Of a stretch of 64,000 nucleotides of DNA, positions 1 through 14,200 are shown in pieces (position 1 is the first letter of the stretch; each line of letters begins with the position of its first letter). Below the pieces are notes generated by a model, which did no database searches, had not been told where the DNA came from, and saw only the letters and a list, made by a program, of their open reading frames with translations. Both the position numbers and the translations under genes were made by a program. The DNA comes from Paragordius varius (lineage: Eukaryota; Animalia; Nematomorpha): positions 1,426,001-1,490,000 of the forward strand of contig OZ176060.1 in the NCBI GenBank assembly GCA_964247055.1, read 5' to 3'.

Positions 1-2287
1 CCTCATGCAGAAGTTTTCTCGAATTATATTTATATAGAATTGACCTATATCCAAAATCCATGGTTCACTCTGGATTTAAATGCGATTGCTGAAATCTCTG
101 GTGTTTATGTAGATGTGAAAAATCAATATAATTCATGGATTTTTTCAGACTATTTACATGTATTTGTGGGATATTCGGAGGATTATAATCAAAATTTTTT
201 ATGCACTAAAAGCCAGTATAAAAAAATCATATATTAAGATCCCAGTTATTTTTTAGCCAATGTCCTTTTTTAAAAGGCCAATATGTGACAATCGTATTAA
301 TGAGTTACCAAGGATCTGAAACTTTTTTTATCTGTTATTTTAATGTTTATGGGACGATCAAATATAATTATCAAAGTTGTCAAGTTTATAATGTATTAGA
401 CAATATTGCTTATAAAAAATTAGCTTATACCAGATTAAATTATGCGCATCATATAACTGATGGTATTTTAAATAACTGTTTGGGCACATATTCATCTAAT
501 ACATATATTATTGATTTAAATTATCCTCATCTAATATATGCAGCAAATTTAATTTTTAAGAACAGTATTATATTCTCTTACTTTAGAACAAAGTAGTGTA
601 GTGCATATTAGTGTGTCGATGGGTTGGTATACTCTGTCTGCGGCAAATATAATTTGTAATTTATTTACATCCAATCAACAATTATATAAAAACTGTACAA
701 AAGTTATTACTGGGAAATTTGTTACTATGGAATCCAAAACACAAGAAGAATTTTTGTTATGTGAAGCCGAAGTATATGGCAGAGAAATTGCAAGTGCGTA
801 CTTTCTATAATTAAGATGATATTTCAAGAGATATAGGGGATGCATCTCAGTCATACCGTAGCATTTCTGATCCAAATGTGGCTTTAGACGGAAACTATGG
901 CTACATCTATTCACTTTCATGGCTAACATGCACCTTCGTACCTTCAATTATTAAAGACCCATGGTGGATGGTTCATTTACGCTCTATTTATGTCATATCG
1001 GGGATAGAAATATACCGAAAATTGGATAATTGTGATAATGGTAGATCAAACATTAACACTTATAGATAAAAAAGTATACAATTTTCAAATTCGAGTTGGG
1101 TTCGACAAGGATTATTTAATGAATGATATATGCGCCGAATATAAAGGATATATGTATCAAACAAATAATACCATTGTGTTGAATTGTGTAAGCTCTAGTA
1201 TAGGTTTTATCTTTTGTTATTTCAGATATTTTACACAATGATTATTCAATGTATGGCGATACCGTTTCTATCAATATCATAACTGATGCCAAAGACATAA
1301 ATGCAAATTTAATTATTTGTGAGTTAGTGATAACGGGATTAGATATTGGATTTATGGAAAGTTATTACCTTAATAATTTTAGCATCTATCAAAAATATTG
1401 GATGTTTTAACGAAATACAAACTAATTCTCTCTATGATCCAAAATATAATTTAAGTTTATCCAAAGAAGATGATATATTAACAAACATCTTGGCTTTCAA
1501 AGTTGATTGCAACCGAAAATGCCGTACTCTTGGATTAGATTTTTCGGCAATATATGGTTAAATAATGTTTAAAAAATTTAGGCGGAATAAAATGTTTTTG
1601 CGTTAATGAATTAAATAATAAATTTTTAAAAATAAATGATAGGGAGTGTGATCTATGTGAAGAACATTATTTTTGTGGTTTAAATTCCATATTCATATCT
1701 GCAACTCAATTAAGTACATTTAAAACTAATTATTAGTTAATGTCGGTTATAATAAATGGGTGGAAACAGATTCTAAAGCTTTTGAAACAGCCTTAACCGA
1801 TGGGATCACTGATGTTTTTGCAACATACAGCTGTATTACCATAAAAAAATGGTCAAAATTAGAACTAGATTCCGTTTATTCCATTGTTGGCATGTATATA
1901 TTAACCACAATAAGTTATCTGTATTATAACACATAATAGATCAATCATTTGATTTAGAAATATTTTATGGATATGATCATTATGATATGAGAAAAAACAA
2001 ATTATGCATTTCTAATAATAATAACGTGATTATGAACTTAATAGAATGTGTATCAAAACCAGCTTCAATTATATACATAAATTATCTTTCACAGTCAAAT
2101 ATTTGTGAGATAATTCCATTATCAACTAAGAAGTTTGATGGATGTATGTATTTTTTAATTACTTCCATTAAGAAGTTTTACAGATATTTTACTTTTATGC
2201 AAAATGTTAATACAAATAATTATAAGTGTTACTTTTCACAGTGTCCTAAAATGACTGTAAATATCTGGGTAATTTATTTTTCAACTG
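1..2287 (+). CDS. Exon cluster 1: four F-type-lectin/discoidin-like domains, one WSC-like domain and a short Cys segment
   Basis: Exons 1-12, 38-215, 239-564, 587-793, 816-1040, 1066-1203, 1226-1360, 1383-1556, 1582-1713, 1737-1913, 1940-2287. Lectin motifs: QNPWFTLDL; DASQSYRS..NVALDGN..CTF..DPWWMVHLRSIYVISGIEIYR; LLCEAEVYG; LIICELVITG. WSC-like: IGCFNE...CNRKCRTLGLDFSAIYGGIKCFC...CDLCEEHYFCG. Confidence 0.88.
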
Positions 2288-5200
2288 GTTTATTATTCAT
2301 TTACCGTAAAAGCTTCCATAGAACCTAGATTTTTGATTAAGCTATAAATAAAATATAATTGGCGGAAATAGTTGTTGTAACTTATAGAAAAAACCGATTA
2401 TCCTCCGTTTTTTTAAAAATACATTTATTTTATTTTTTTTTCAAAATGGTTACAAGAGGGAAATTTTAAATTTTTAAAAATATTGTATAATTTCAATAAT
2501 AATCTATATAAATTAGATCATTTCATAGAATCTACTTAATATTTATAATTATATATTATCTGTGTCTGTTACGCGTCTTTGTGACTTAGTCTACATCATT
2601 AGTGAAATATATTTTTCGCAATAAACAGAAAAAAATAATATATCAAAGACTATAGTTTAGAGGGGTAGTTTTCATAGACTGTGTCACTAGTTATAGACGA
2701 ATTTAAAAAAGATCTTGACTCGAATTTTGGTCTTTATGGGAAATTTATCAAAATATTATCATATATTTATATAAATTTTTTCGAAAAGTTGTTATGAATC
2801 TAGGGTATTTTAGATAGGGTGAGACCTGCCCTTGATTAATTTCAAAAATGCTGTGCTATAATTTTTGCATTTGCATGGGGAATATTACACATTAGTCTAG
2901 GGCAAAACTGAAAAAAAAATACTTATTTTTATACGGTGGCGTATTCAACAATGGGATCACTGGCTGGGTCATAAGAAAAGCGGTCAGCCAATATTTTCTC
3001 TTTATACATGTAATATCTAAAACCATGATTAATGTATATAGTATAAGCAACAAAATTCTGTTAAACCATGTTAATATTTGTATTTTCCAAATAGTGAATC
3101 CTTAATCAACAGCCTATTAATAAAAGCGCTTGATCAATATTTGTGCTTTTATAAAGAGCTAAAACTCTTAATTTATATCCTCGTCTTAAGCATAACTACT
3201 TGGTAAATTATTCTTTAAGCGATATTTTTTTTTGCTAATGTCATTTTATGAAGAGATAGCTAACAGGGGCCAATTCAAAATATACTGCCCATTATGTTCG
3301 GCCGTTCTAGAGAAAAAATATTAAATTTCAGTAGGCATGGTTTTCCAAAATTATTCAATGATGTTATTCAACTCGTTTAAAAAACTTTGTTACAAGGGGT
3401 GGAGCGCAACTGACAGGCTAATTCCACCCGACTATTATCCGCCTTTTTATAAAGCATAAATATTTTACCCTTTTAAAAGGGCTCACATTTTTCAAATGTT
3501 TTAACATCTTATACATTTTTATGATATATAGAATTTTATAACATAACAGTTCATTATGGTTTTCTAATTTGATATTATTAAAATTTTAAATATTTAAGGT
3601 ATTAGCCAAATTGAAAAGCATGCTTTTAGCTTTTGCACTGCTTTTAATTCTTCCACTTTTTTTCTTTGTACATGCGCTATATTTATAAACATATTATGGT
3701 TAAAATATGTATTAACTTTGAAAATCCAAATCACATTTTACAGCATATTTTTGATATTATTAATATAATCAGATGTTTGTTTCGTGCTTTGGAACTAAAT
3801 CAAATTAATCTAAAAAACTGTAGATTAGAATAAAAGTGAAAACATCAACAAAATTTATATATTTGCTGATGTTTATTCTAAAACCTACTAAAGCCTAAAT
3901 ATAAGTCTATTTAATACAGGTAAAGATTGGAACTTAAAGATTAATAAAAACAACTATCAGAACAGTAGTTTTTTACAAGTTTAAGCTCTTTGTGTATATT
4001 AAGCAAAATGTAATTCCTTAAAAATAAGATAATTAAGTTTTAAACATTTACGTTTTTGGCAATCAGAATATGTTAAAAGGATTATGTATCATTTTTTTGG
4101 CAAAATTATATTTAGTATTTTCAGTGTTTTTAGAAGTAAACAAATTATTTAAAATAAACTGTTTATCGCATCTTCACCAAAAAAAGTATATTTTTAAATT
4201 TTTTATACTTGATTACACAAAGTAGTTTACTTCAGACTTCAGAGTTTAAATTTGTGTTTTCGTTAAAATTTTATTATTAGGCATTGAACTCCTTATTGCA
4301 TAAAAGATATATTTTTTACAGATAACATTCGACGTCCGAAATCGGGATAACAAATCGAAACAAACTGCTGATTGATATTTAATAAATATCAATTTTCTAA
4401 ATAACGATGTTACATTTGTCATCTCATTGTTTTATGTTGTATTATTTTTCAATGAGAAATTTTTTAATGATTAAATCTAAATATATAATGACGCATTTTT
4501 CAGAATAACTTAATTAAAAATTAAAAAATTGCAATGCAATAATACTAAATGTCTAATTTAACATTAATTAAAAGAACATGATGTTTAAAATTCATATCAG
4601 TAGCTGGAACTTTTGCAAAATAGATCAAAAAAGAAATATTAATACAAAAATGAAATGTATATATATAATTCTATTTGCTATTAAATGTAAAATGAGAATT
4701 CTTATTTACATTTTAAAATTCTATATCAAAATGTAGTTAATAATTTATGTTAATTTTATTTAAATTTTATATGTTTCGAATAAGTAAAATTTAGAAAGTT
4801 TAGTGATTATTGAATATTGTAAAGGTAATGAGGATAAATTTGTAAAGATGAATCCGTGAATAATGATATAAACGATAATTAAATTGAAAATGAAAATTAT
4901 ATTGCTTATTAGTTCAATTTTGATACTAAATTGTTAATAATACTTAGACTTAATGCGGCTATTGGCAACTCAGCAAGCTAAAAAGATATTTATAGTGACA
5001 AATTATTAATAATATTAATTTATTTAAGTAATTTAAATTTATTTACGACTTTTAGATAATATGGCATACAAGCAAACAGTAACTTGTTCGTCAGGGTCAA
5101 ATGATTGTAATAATTTAAACGATGGTGATTTTAAAAGTAGCACAAATATTAAACAAGCTATTACTATAATAATTCATTTGGACGAAATTAAACTTATCAA

Positions 5201-8200
5201 CTCAGTTGCAATGTATTATGAAACCAATAGCAGTTTAATTTATCACCATATTTTGTAGATACACAAATTCATATATTGGGATCAACTAAGCCACTAAATG
5301 TGGTTGATAAAAACATTACTTGTTTAAAGACAATTCTGCCAAAAGGAACAACCGAAATTGAGTTTTCATGTAATAAACAAATAACTGCAAAATATTTAAC
5401 CGTTTTTATTGAGACAATCAACTTAAAAATTTATGAGTTTTTAGGAATTGGATATAATCCAGAATCTTATAAAGACATCAAAGGTTTGTGTATTTTAAAT
5501 TAATTATTACAGAAATTTTACAATATATATTATCTATCCCGTTTTAGAAATAATCAATTATAATACATCTTATCTATATTTTAAAAAAATATTATACACA
5601 ATATGTCAAATTCAGATAATAATAAAATTATGGTGTTTGTGATCGTAACATTAGCTTTCATATAAAGTTACGATAGAACATTGAACGGTGGTCGGCAAAA
5701 ATATGATTAATAGATTAATTGATACCAAAAAGCTTCAGGATTAATATCAATGTGATAAATGCGGTTAACTACAAAGTTAAATTTTTTTTATTAGCGAATA
5801 TCAGAATATTGCATTTCGCATATTAGGTCAAATAGCTATTAACAACAGAGGAAAAGTAAACATATTTTATATGTTAAAATGTTCTATAAGGAATGTCCTA
5901 AAACAAAATATTATTATCGAAGATTTTTCAAACTTTTTTAAGACTCCGACATACAGAAATTAAAGGTAAAAATCGCACTTTGGCGTTAAGATCAAATCAA
6001 CTTGATATGCGGATTTCATATTTATTTCAACTATCATATTTACTATTATTTAGAGTTTTAATATAATGCGTTAAACAGATATAAATCTTTTATAATTTTT
6101 TTGATAATTTGCACCAAAGAGGAAGTAGCCTATTGATTTACAAAACAATCAATCAATATATATATATATATATAAGGAATAATTTTCCTATGCAGTTTGG
6201 AGGGAAAAATTTATCGACGCCTTTATTTATTTATGGTTTTATGCACAAATGATCAATAACCAAAATGTCACAAAAATATTCGATCACAATATACGGTTAA
6301 ACAAAATCCTTAAATCTGATATACTTAATGTTTGTTTCCGCATCAAATTGTATGATGAAAATATTTATATAATTTATTATATGTTTTGTAAAAACGTTAC
6401 TTTCGTGGTTCAATTTAAAAATATATTATTTTTATATAAGGCTTTAACTGTGATTATATATTAAATATAAGATTATTTAAATAAAAATTAAACCCACATA
6501 ACAATTAGTTTCTTCGATTCGTTGGAAGCTAAAGGGCGATTTTTTGACCTTAAGTACTTCAAGGAAGCTCCGAATATTTTTAAAATCATTAAAAATACTT
6601 GCTTTAGAATTATCCTTATGGAACATATTAATAAATTAATTTTAGTAATCTACCTCTAAATATTAGAAAAATAAATTAACTTTATAACGGCATTTATCAA
6701 TAATATTCATTATCCTTCTTTTAACTATATAAGATCGATAAATATTTATTTTTTGATTCTCATCTTAGCCATTTATTTCAATATTTTAAATAATTTTCAA
6801 ATTTTGTTTTTAAAGATTAAAGTTTCTATATTTAAATATAACTAAAAAATAAAAAAAAAGTGCATACATCATTTAATATTTCATTTAGTTTGTTCTCTAA
6901 AATGTAGGAAACGATTTCATTTAACGTTTTAAAAATATTATTTACACTTCGATTCAAATTGGGGTAGCCAAATACCCCAAACTAAATTTAAGTTAAGATT
7001 TTAAAAAAATTATTGAAAGAAAAGGTCCCAATTTAAATTTGTGCTTCTATCCTAATAAAAATTATATAATTGCCAAAATATCTAAATAAAATTTTGTTTT
7101 GAAAAAAAGTTCCATATACACTTCGACGCCATTTTTATTTTACGAAATTTTTGCCAAATATCCTTCAATTTTAAGGGTAAAAAAGCTATTTTTTTTAAAT
7201 TACATAGTAATAGAAAAAGCGGTTTATTTTGTATTATTTTTCAATTTTACGATGTGCAAAATTTTGCCATGGTTTTGATTTCTTTCATATCTTTTAAAGA
7301 TTTTAATTTTAAACAGGCGTGGGGTATTAAATACCCCAATTTGAATAGAAGGACTAAAATGAATGTGTTGTATCCAATGTTAATCTAATTTGATGGGATG
7401 TGTTTATTATTTTTTTACTATTTTGTTTATATTTGATTACATTGTTAATCTTTAATATTGCCAAATAGCATATACAGCTAAAGGCATTATTCTAAATAAA
7501 AAAGAGCATTTAAGACAAAAATATTACTTACTCTTTGCTGTATGTGATATAAAGAGGAATTATAATTAGAAATTGCATTGTATACTTATTATACCGTTCA
7601 TAGAGCGAAATTCAAAATTATAAAAGAAAAAATAATTACAAATCAAATTTAGTTTTTTCCTACCATGTTTTTAAACCTTCATATTTTTAACTTATCGTTT
7701 TGGATTGAAAATAGAGATAATTTTATATTCGCAAATTTAAATATTTAACGCTTAAGACTCTCCTTAAAAAGATTAATTGTAACTTCACTACAATATAATT
7801 TGTATGAATGTATTTTTTCACGGGCCTTCAAAGTCCTACTGCTACCTCCCCGCGGTGTTGGTCGGATCACCTTTGGTGAACGAACAGCAGAGGCCAGTTT
7901 TGGATGTTCTGCAAAAACATCTACTTCGCAAGGAGTTTTTTCACAAGAGCAGGCGAAAAGTAAATAATCTTGCCTCAACCTATACACTATGAACACATCT
8001 TATTCAAAAACTGCTAACAACGAAACGATAATAATAATTAATATTACATTTTTAATAACTTCCAGTCTTGAAAAACTAAACAAACATAAACCCTTATATT
8101 AAAGACCATCCAAAATTAACCACAGCAAACTACAAAATCAAACAATTAGGAACAAATACATCAACCAAGCATCCGATTCAAAATGGGATATCCTAAAAAC

Positions 8201-11200
8201 AAGTTCATATTTGTGGGAGATGCAAGCTATACATTGAAAAAACGAAAAATTGGTCGTAGAAAAAAGAATTGAAAGAGGTTACTAAAGAAAAATATGACGC
8301 TTTCAAAGCATGGAAAATGAATAGCAATGATTAAAACAGACAAACATACCTGATCGCAAAACACAAAGCGCAAAAATAAATTAGTAAAACTATAAATAAA
8401 CATTGCCTAAAACTGGCCCCTAAACTTGAGGACCAAGTTAAAAATAAAAAAAAAGATATCATCAAAACTAAATGTATCAAAAACAATATGAATGAGATGA
8501 TAACAAACCCAGAAGGTGTAATTAAGATATGGAAAGAAAGCTTGGAAGAATCAATGAACCAAACCAACAATTTAAAAGTTCCTCTAACACTAACACCACC
8601 CATAAGCGGACTCCACGAAATCACAGAAAACGAAGTATTAAAAGCAATACAAAAATGAAACGAAACAAGTCGTCACGAATCAGTTGATCTTACCAATATC
8701 ATTAAACAACATACCTTACAACTTTTTTTAATGAAATTATTACCAAACGTAAAATTCCCCATGACTGGAATAAAGTATAACAATCCTTATATATAAAAAT
8801 AAGGGAAACCGTCTAGTCTGCTCCTCATACCCTAACTTCTAGAACACACTTTCAAAATATTTGAAAGCAACATTGACAACCGACTTAGACAAACATTAAA
8901 ATAACAAATAATCAGTTTGCATTTTGTAAAGTAAAGCATTACAGATGCCATATTCATCATCAGGCAACTACAGGAAATACCTTTCAAAAAATCAAAAAAT
9001 TTTCCATATCTTTCTAGACGAAACCTTTTGATAATATCCCTAGAGCAACAATCAAACGGGGCCTAAGACAAAATTACATCGAAGAATATTTTATAGAAAT
9101 AATACTACTTCTCTATGATATACAACCACAATGGTGCGCACGCACGCAAGTAGGAGACACGGAACATTAAAAAAAAACACTGGCCTACACCAAGGGTCTG
9201 TACTCAGTCCATTACTATTCATTATAATATTAGACTGTATCACAAAAAACATATCTACTCAACCGCCCTGGGAGTTAATCTTCGCGGATGATATCGTTTT
9301 AACAGATACTTCAATGGAAAATATCTCAAACAAATTCAGAACATGGAAAATCTGTTTAGAGAATCATGGGCTGAAAATAAATATTAATAAAACACAAATA
9401 AGGTTATCAGGAGATCGGGCGCCCCAAATATTCATGCGCTATCTGCGACAAGGAAGTCAAAAGGAATTCAATAAAATACACAATGCAAATTATGGATTCA
9501 CAAACAATGCTCCAAAATTACTGGAAAACTAAACGAACAAGTAAACTTTAAATGTAACAACTGTAAAAACAATAATCCAACTCAAACACGCTCGACATAT
9601 ATGACAATCGATGATGATTCAATAGAAAAAGTAGACCAGTTTACCCATCTAGGAGACGTCACTGGAAACGAATTCAACAGGCGTGGGGTAAAGTTAACTC
9701 TCTAAAATTTGTCCTTAAAAATTAAAATGTATCTAACAATAATAAATAGCAAATATACAAAGCAGGAGTCAGGCCAGCTATTACTTGCGCCACCGAAACA
9801 TGGCCCTTAAACAATACAAATCTTAACAAAATGATAAATTTCGGAAAACATAATACTTAAAGCTTGCTGTTCACACTACAATACTCCTCTTAAACACAAA
9901 AGTGACACAGAAAAGTTTATACAAAGAAGCTCCGACCCTCAACTCCAAACCATTAAGCACATAAAACCCTTTTGGAAACAACTGAAAAGGGCGCTCAACA
10001 CATTCCTGGAACGACAATCGACATAAAAATACTAAACCTCGACATTAGAAAATGTCTAGATAAGGATCTTTGGTATGAGATTGTAAATGGTCACCTAAAA
10101 ATATAAAGGAAAAGCCATCAAGTATCAAGTAATGTATATTTTCACGTACATTCTAACATCTGATTGCTGAAAATTAGTTCGGGTTTACTAATAACTTCCG
10201 TTTTTTCTTGTATAACATAATAACCAATTTCTCAATCTGAATTGGTTTTAAGATTGTTATCAACTTTTTAAGCCTAACTTGTGATGCATACTTATTTTAA
10301 GGTTTTTAAAGATTATATTCGAAAAATCATGGAATCAATGGGCACAAGATACATCCACAATATATAATAAAATTATTTTAATATTTTAATACCTTATGTA
10401 AAGTCATAACCGACCTCCGATAGTGTGTTTTTGGACAAAAGTAATTATCCATTACATAGAAACGGCTTTGGCTAACAATATTAAACATAACCTTAACACT
10501 TTAACATTATAGTTATGACAGAAACTAAATTTAACTAATAAGTTGCATCTATGGTGCTTACAACATTCTGGTAACTAAAACATTGATAAAATAAATAATA
10601 TTTTACTATAACAATTATTTTGTTTATCCTCATAATAATAAAAATTGGATGTTATTTTGTTATCACATTATAGAATTGGTAAGCTATTAACCTTTTACTT
10701 AGGTACCTCATCAAAATATTTATTCTATATTAACAAAAATTCCATGGCTAAATAAGATACTTATTCATTATCACAGCCCCTCAACTTAAATGGTGCATAT
10801 GTATTTTAAAATTTATTTATCAAAAGTGATAAACATTAAAGTGGATATTTGTTGGGCAAGAAATTTGTGTCATTAATTTATAATATCGTATATTAGGTTA
10901 TAATTGAAAAAAGTAAATTCAAGTTATGAATGTGATAGTGACTAAGATTATAAAATACGATTTTGACTCCTTTAACTGACTAAGATCGGCGACCCCAATC
11001 ACCTAAAATAAGATAGTCTTGTTCTTCGATATCAGATATTGCGAGTGATTATTCACCATGGAATAAACAATTATTATTTTTTAAATAGAATTTGATATTT
11101 AGCATTCAAATTTAAATTATATTTAGGTTTAAAATTAAGTTAATATTAAAAATTGATCTATTATTCTAGAATGTGGTTATTGTTCTCAAAAATGTTGGAT

Positions 11201-14200
11201 AGAAAAAAACCAAGAAACATGCATATGTGATTCCGCTTTGAATTTAACTATAAAATTTAATGAATATAATATTGTAAACTCTGGTAATGAAATGTCATGC
11301 TGGAAACATCAATGTAAACTTAAACCTGCATGTTGCAATGAAATTATCTGCAATGATAAAAATTGCACCAGCAAATTCAAATATGTATCGCTTCCAAAAA
11401 GTATTTTTTTTATTGATATAGATGATTTAAAATATTGCATTCGAGATCCTTGTGAATTACTAGCTTGCACTTATAAATGCGTGTTCCGAATATCAAAATA
11501 TGTTTGTATTTGTCCCAAAAATCACAGGCTATTAAATGGAAAATGCTATACTAATCCTTGTAATGATTCAACTTGTATGAACAGTTTATGTAAACCGATT
11601 GGAAACAACGATTACAAGTATTATTATTGCAATTATAATTCAAAAAGTGGATGTATAGAGTAAATTTTTCATTGAATGTTTGTCACTAAAAAATAAATCA
11701 AAATATAAACTAAAAATTGAAGTATAAATAAAAAGTGATTAATGAGAAATAAAATTAAAAAATATTACTTTTTCATTAATAGATTTGAAAATTAAGAGAT
11801 TTTCTTTATTTTTAAAAATTCACACTTAAAATAAATAACTAAATATACCAAACTTTATATTGAATTATTATTTTTTAAAATTCAGACCCAGCTTCTAAGT
11901 AGTTTTATTACCCAAATGTTTAGATTTAAATAGCTTTAAAGTCCTAACCATGAACCAAAAAAATTACAATGGCCTGTTAGGTTGATTATAAAATTTCTTT
12001 ATAAAACTGTATAATCTTATCTTAAAATTGTTGTCGCTAAATTATATAAAATATATCTTTTCCACTCATTGCAAATACCAGATATAGAGTTAATTTGAAT
12101 GTTTGGTTTGTTTATTTGAGGAAGTTATCCATCCAGCGAGTTTTTCTTCCTTTTTTACGAGCATCACTCAGTTTTAGCATCAGTGACTTTTCGAATTAGT
12201 TGGATCTCATAATGTGGTCAAAGTAAGAGAGTTTTTGCCGTTTTCCAACATTTCGGGGTTAATTTTGTTCAAAATTGTAGAGTTGAGCATTTTGTCTGCA
12301 TTTTGGTTTAAAAAATTTTCTCCATACCCATAGTTCAAAGATATTTAAAAATCCTTTGTCAACCAGCTTTCACAACCATATAGTAATGTGGGGATTATTG
12401 CCTGATTAATTTGATTTTGGTTTTTAATTTGATATCATGCGACGATCTAATCTTATTGTATTATGTACCTGCCTTTGCAATGGCGATCCTTCATTTTATT
12501 TAAGGGATAGAGTTGTTGTAATTATTTATTATACTGACCAAATATGTGTAGTTGTTGTCGGTTTTGATCGGATTCCGTTTAGTAATTAGTTTGATTGATA
12601 TGTTTTTTTATAATTTTTTAGTCCGTACTTATTGCAATCGATTGTATTAAGTTGTAGAACTTGCAATAGGGTGTGGATACTGTACGCAAATATAACTGTG
12701 TTATCTGCGACAGATGTAAGCACTATGATGCCAGAAGTTTCCGGCAGATTTCCTAGAAACATCCGAGATATGTATTACAAAAAATTGGGGATAAGACGCA
12801 CCCTTGGTGCAAGCCGATTTTACCTTTCGTGAATCAGTTAAACCCTGAGGTCTAGAACTACAGCCACCGAATTGTATAATGATAAGATGACGTTGATTAG
12901 ATGGGTCAAAAACAAGTTGTTTTATGGATATGTGTAGTTTATTGAGTTGGATGGAATCAAATGCTTTGAAGCGAACAAAAGACCAAGAATCGTATTTAGT
13001 CGAACTTGTCTTTTTAAAAACTTCAGACACCTGGTTAATGCATTGTATGAACAAAAGGGTTAGAAAATTGTTTTCTATAATTGTTATCCTCATTTGCACT
13101 CTTTTGGATTCGTTGTTTAGTAGTATAGCCATTCCAGTAGAACTTAATTTTGGTGGCTTCTCTACGTTATGCGATTATAAAACTTTTTGCTGATAATTTT
13201 ATTTTTAATATAGATGTTATGAAACTTTATAAAATCGTCCTGTATATCTGAAAATGGTGTGGATTGAAATCCAAAAACTAAATGTTTGACAGTTTCGGAA
13301 TTAAGATCGATACATTCGAAATTTTGTAAAGCGTTGCAAAATTGTCGTTGATTTTGCTATAAACTAATTTTGTTCTAAAGAGTTTGGATATTTTGGGAAG
13401 TTATAATTTAATGCAGAGTTTGGTCAGACATTTAACATTATGGAAACTTTTGGCCATACCTAATATGAATTCTATTGTTTTCGATATTTTTGACATGGGC
13501 AACGCTATGTGTATAAACGTCGTTTAGGATGTTCAAAAAAAGTGTTTGAGAGAAGAGACGCAAAACAAAATTCGATTAATCTACGTCCTTACTCGTTTTG
13601 TATTTCCAAGCCCTTAGCATCCGTAACAGGAAATTGTCTTCTCGAACTAGCACAGTGTACAAAATCGCGGGTCAAAAAATTATCTTGAATAAATATATTC
13701 TGATAAAAAAGTGTATCTAGAATCTCCTGATCTTTTGGTTTTGGGGCTTACGAATGTTTTAAGAAAGTTACATACACTTTTGTGACAAACTCTAATTCAG
13801 AAAATGGAAAAATTTGGGCACATTTTCTAATTAAAATTTTTTTGGTGAAAGCTAAATGCTTTTTACAAAAAACATCACTAAAATTTATCAGCAACTACAT
13901 ATAAAAAGCAAAAAAATATTTTGAAAATTAAATTTTTTGATGTGGGCTTCGATAGTCGCAATTTTTTCGCTCTTCTAAAATTGGCTAGTTTTCAAAAAAA
14001 ACGCAAAAATGAAGAGCTTCGCGATAAAAATTTATATATTCAAAACCAACTAAAAAATTTTTAAAAATCTTAAAGCGTTTTTATACCGTTTCCATAATGC
14101 CTCAAAATAGTATAAAGTACGAACAAAATTTTGCAAAAAATAAATTTTTTGAAAAAACACTTCTTTTACATATTCGATAATACTAAACATTTCTTTCACC

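Noticed and set aside
1188-1203. Alternative 16-nt intron (GTAAGC..TAG) that also restores the frame
   Set aside because: The 22-nt intron 1204-1225 fits the size class of all others; cannot be excluded without cDNA.
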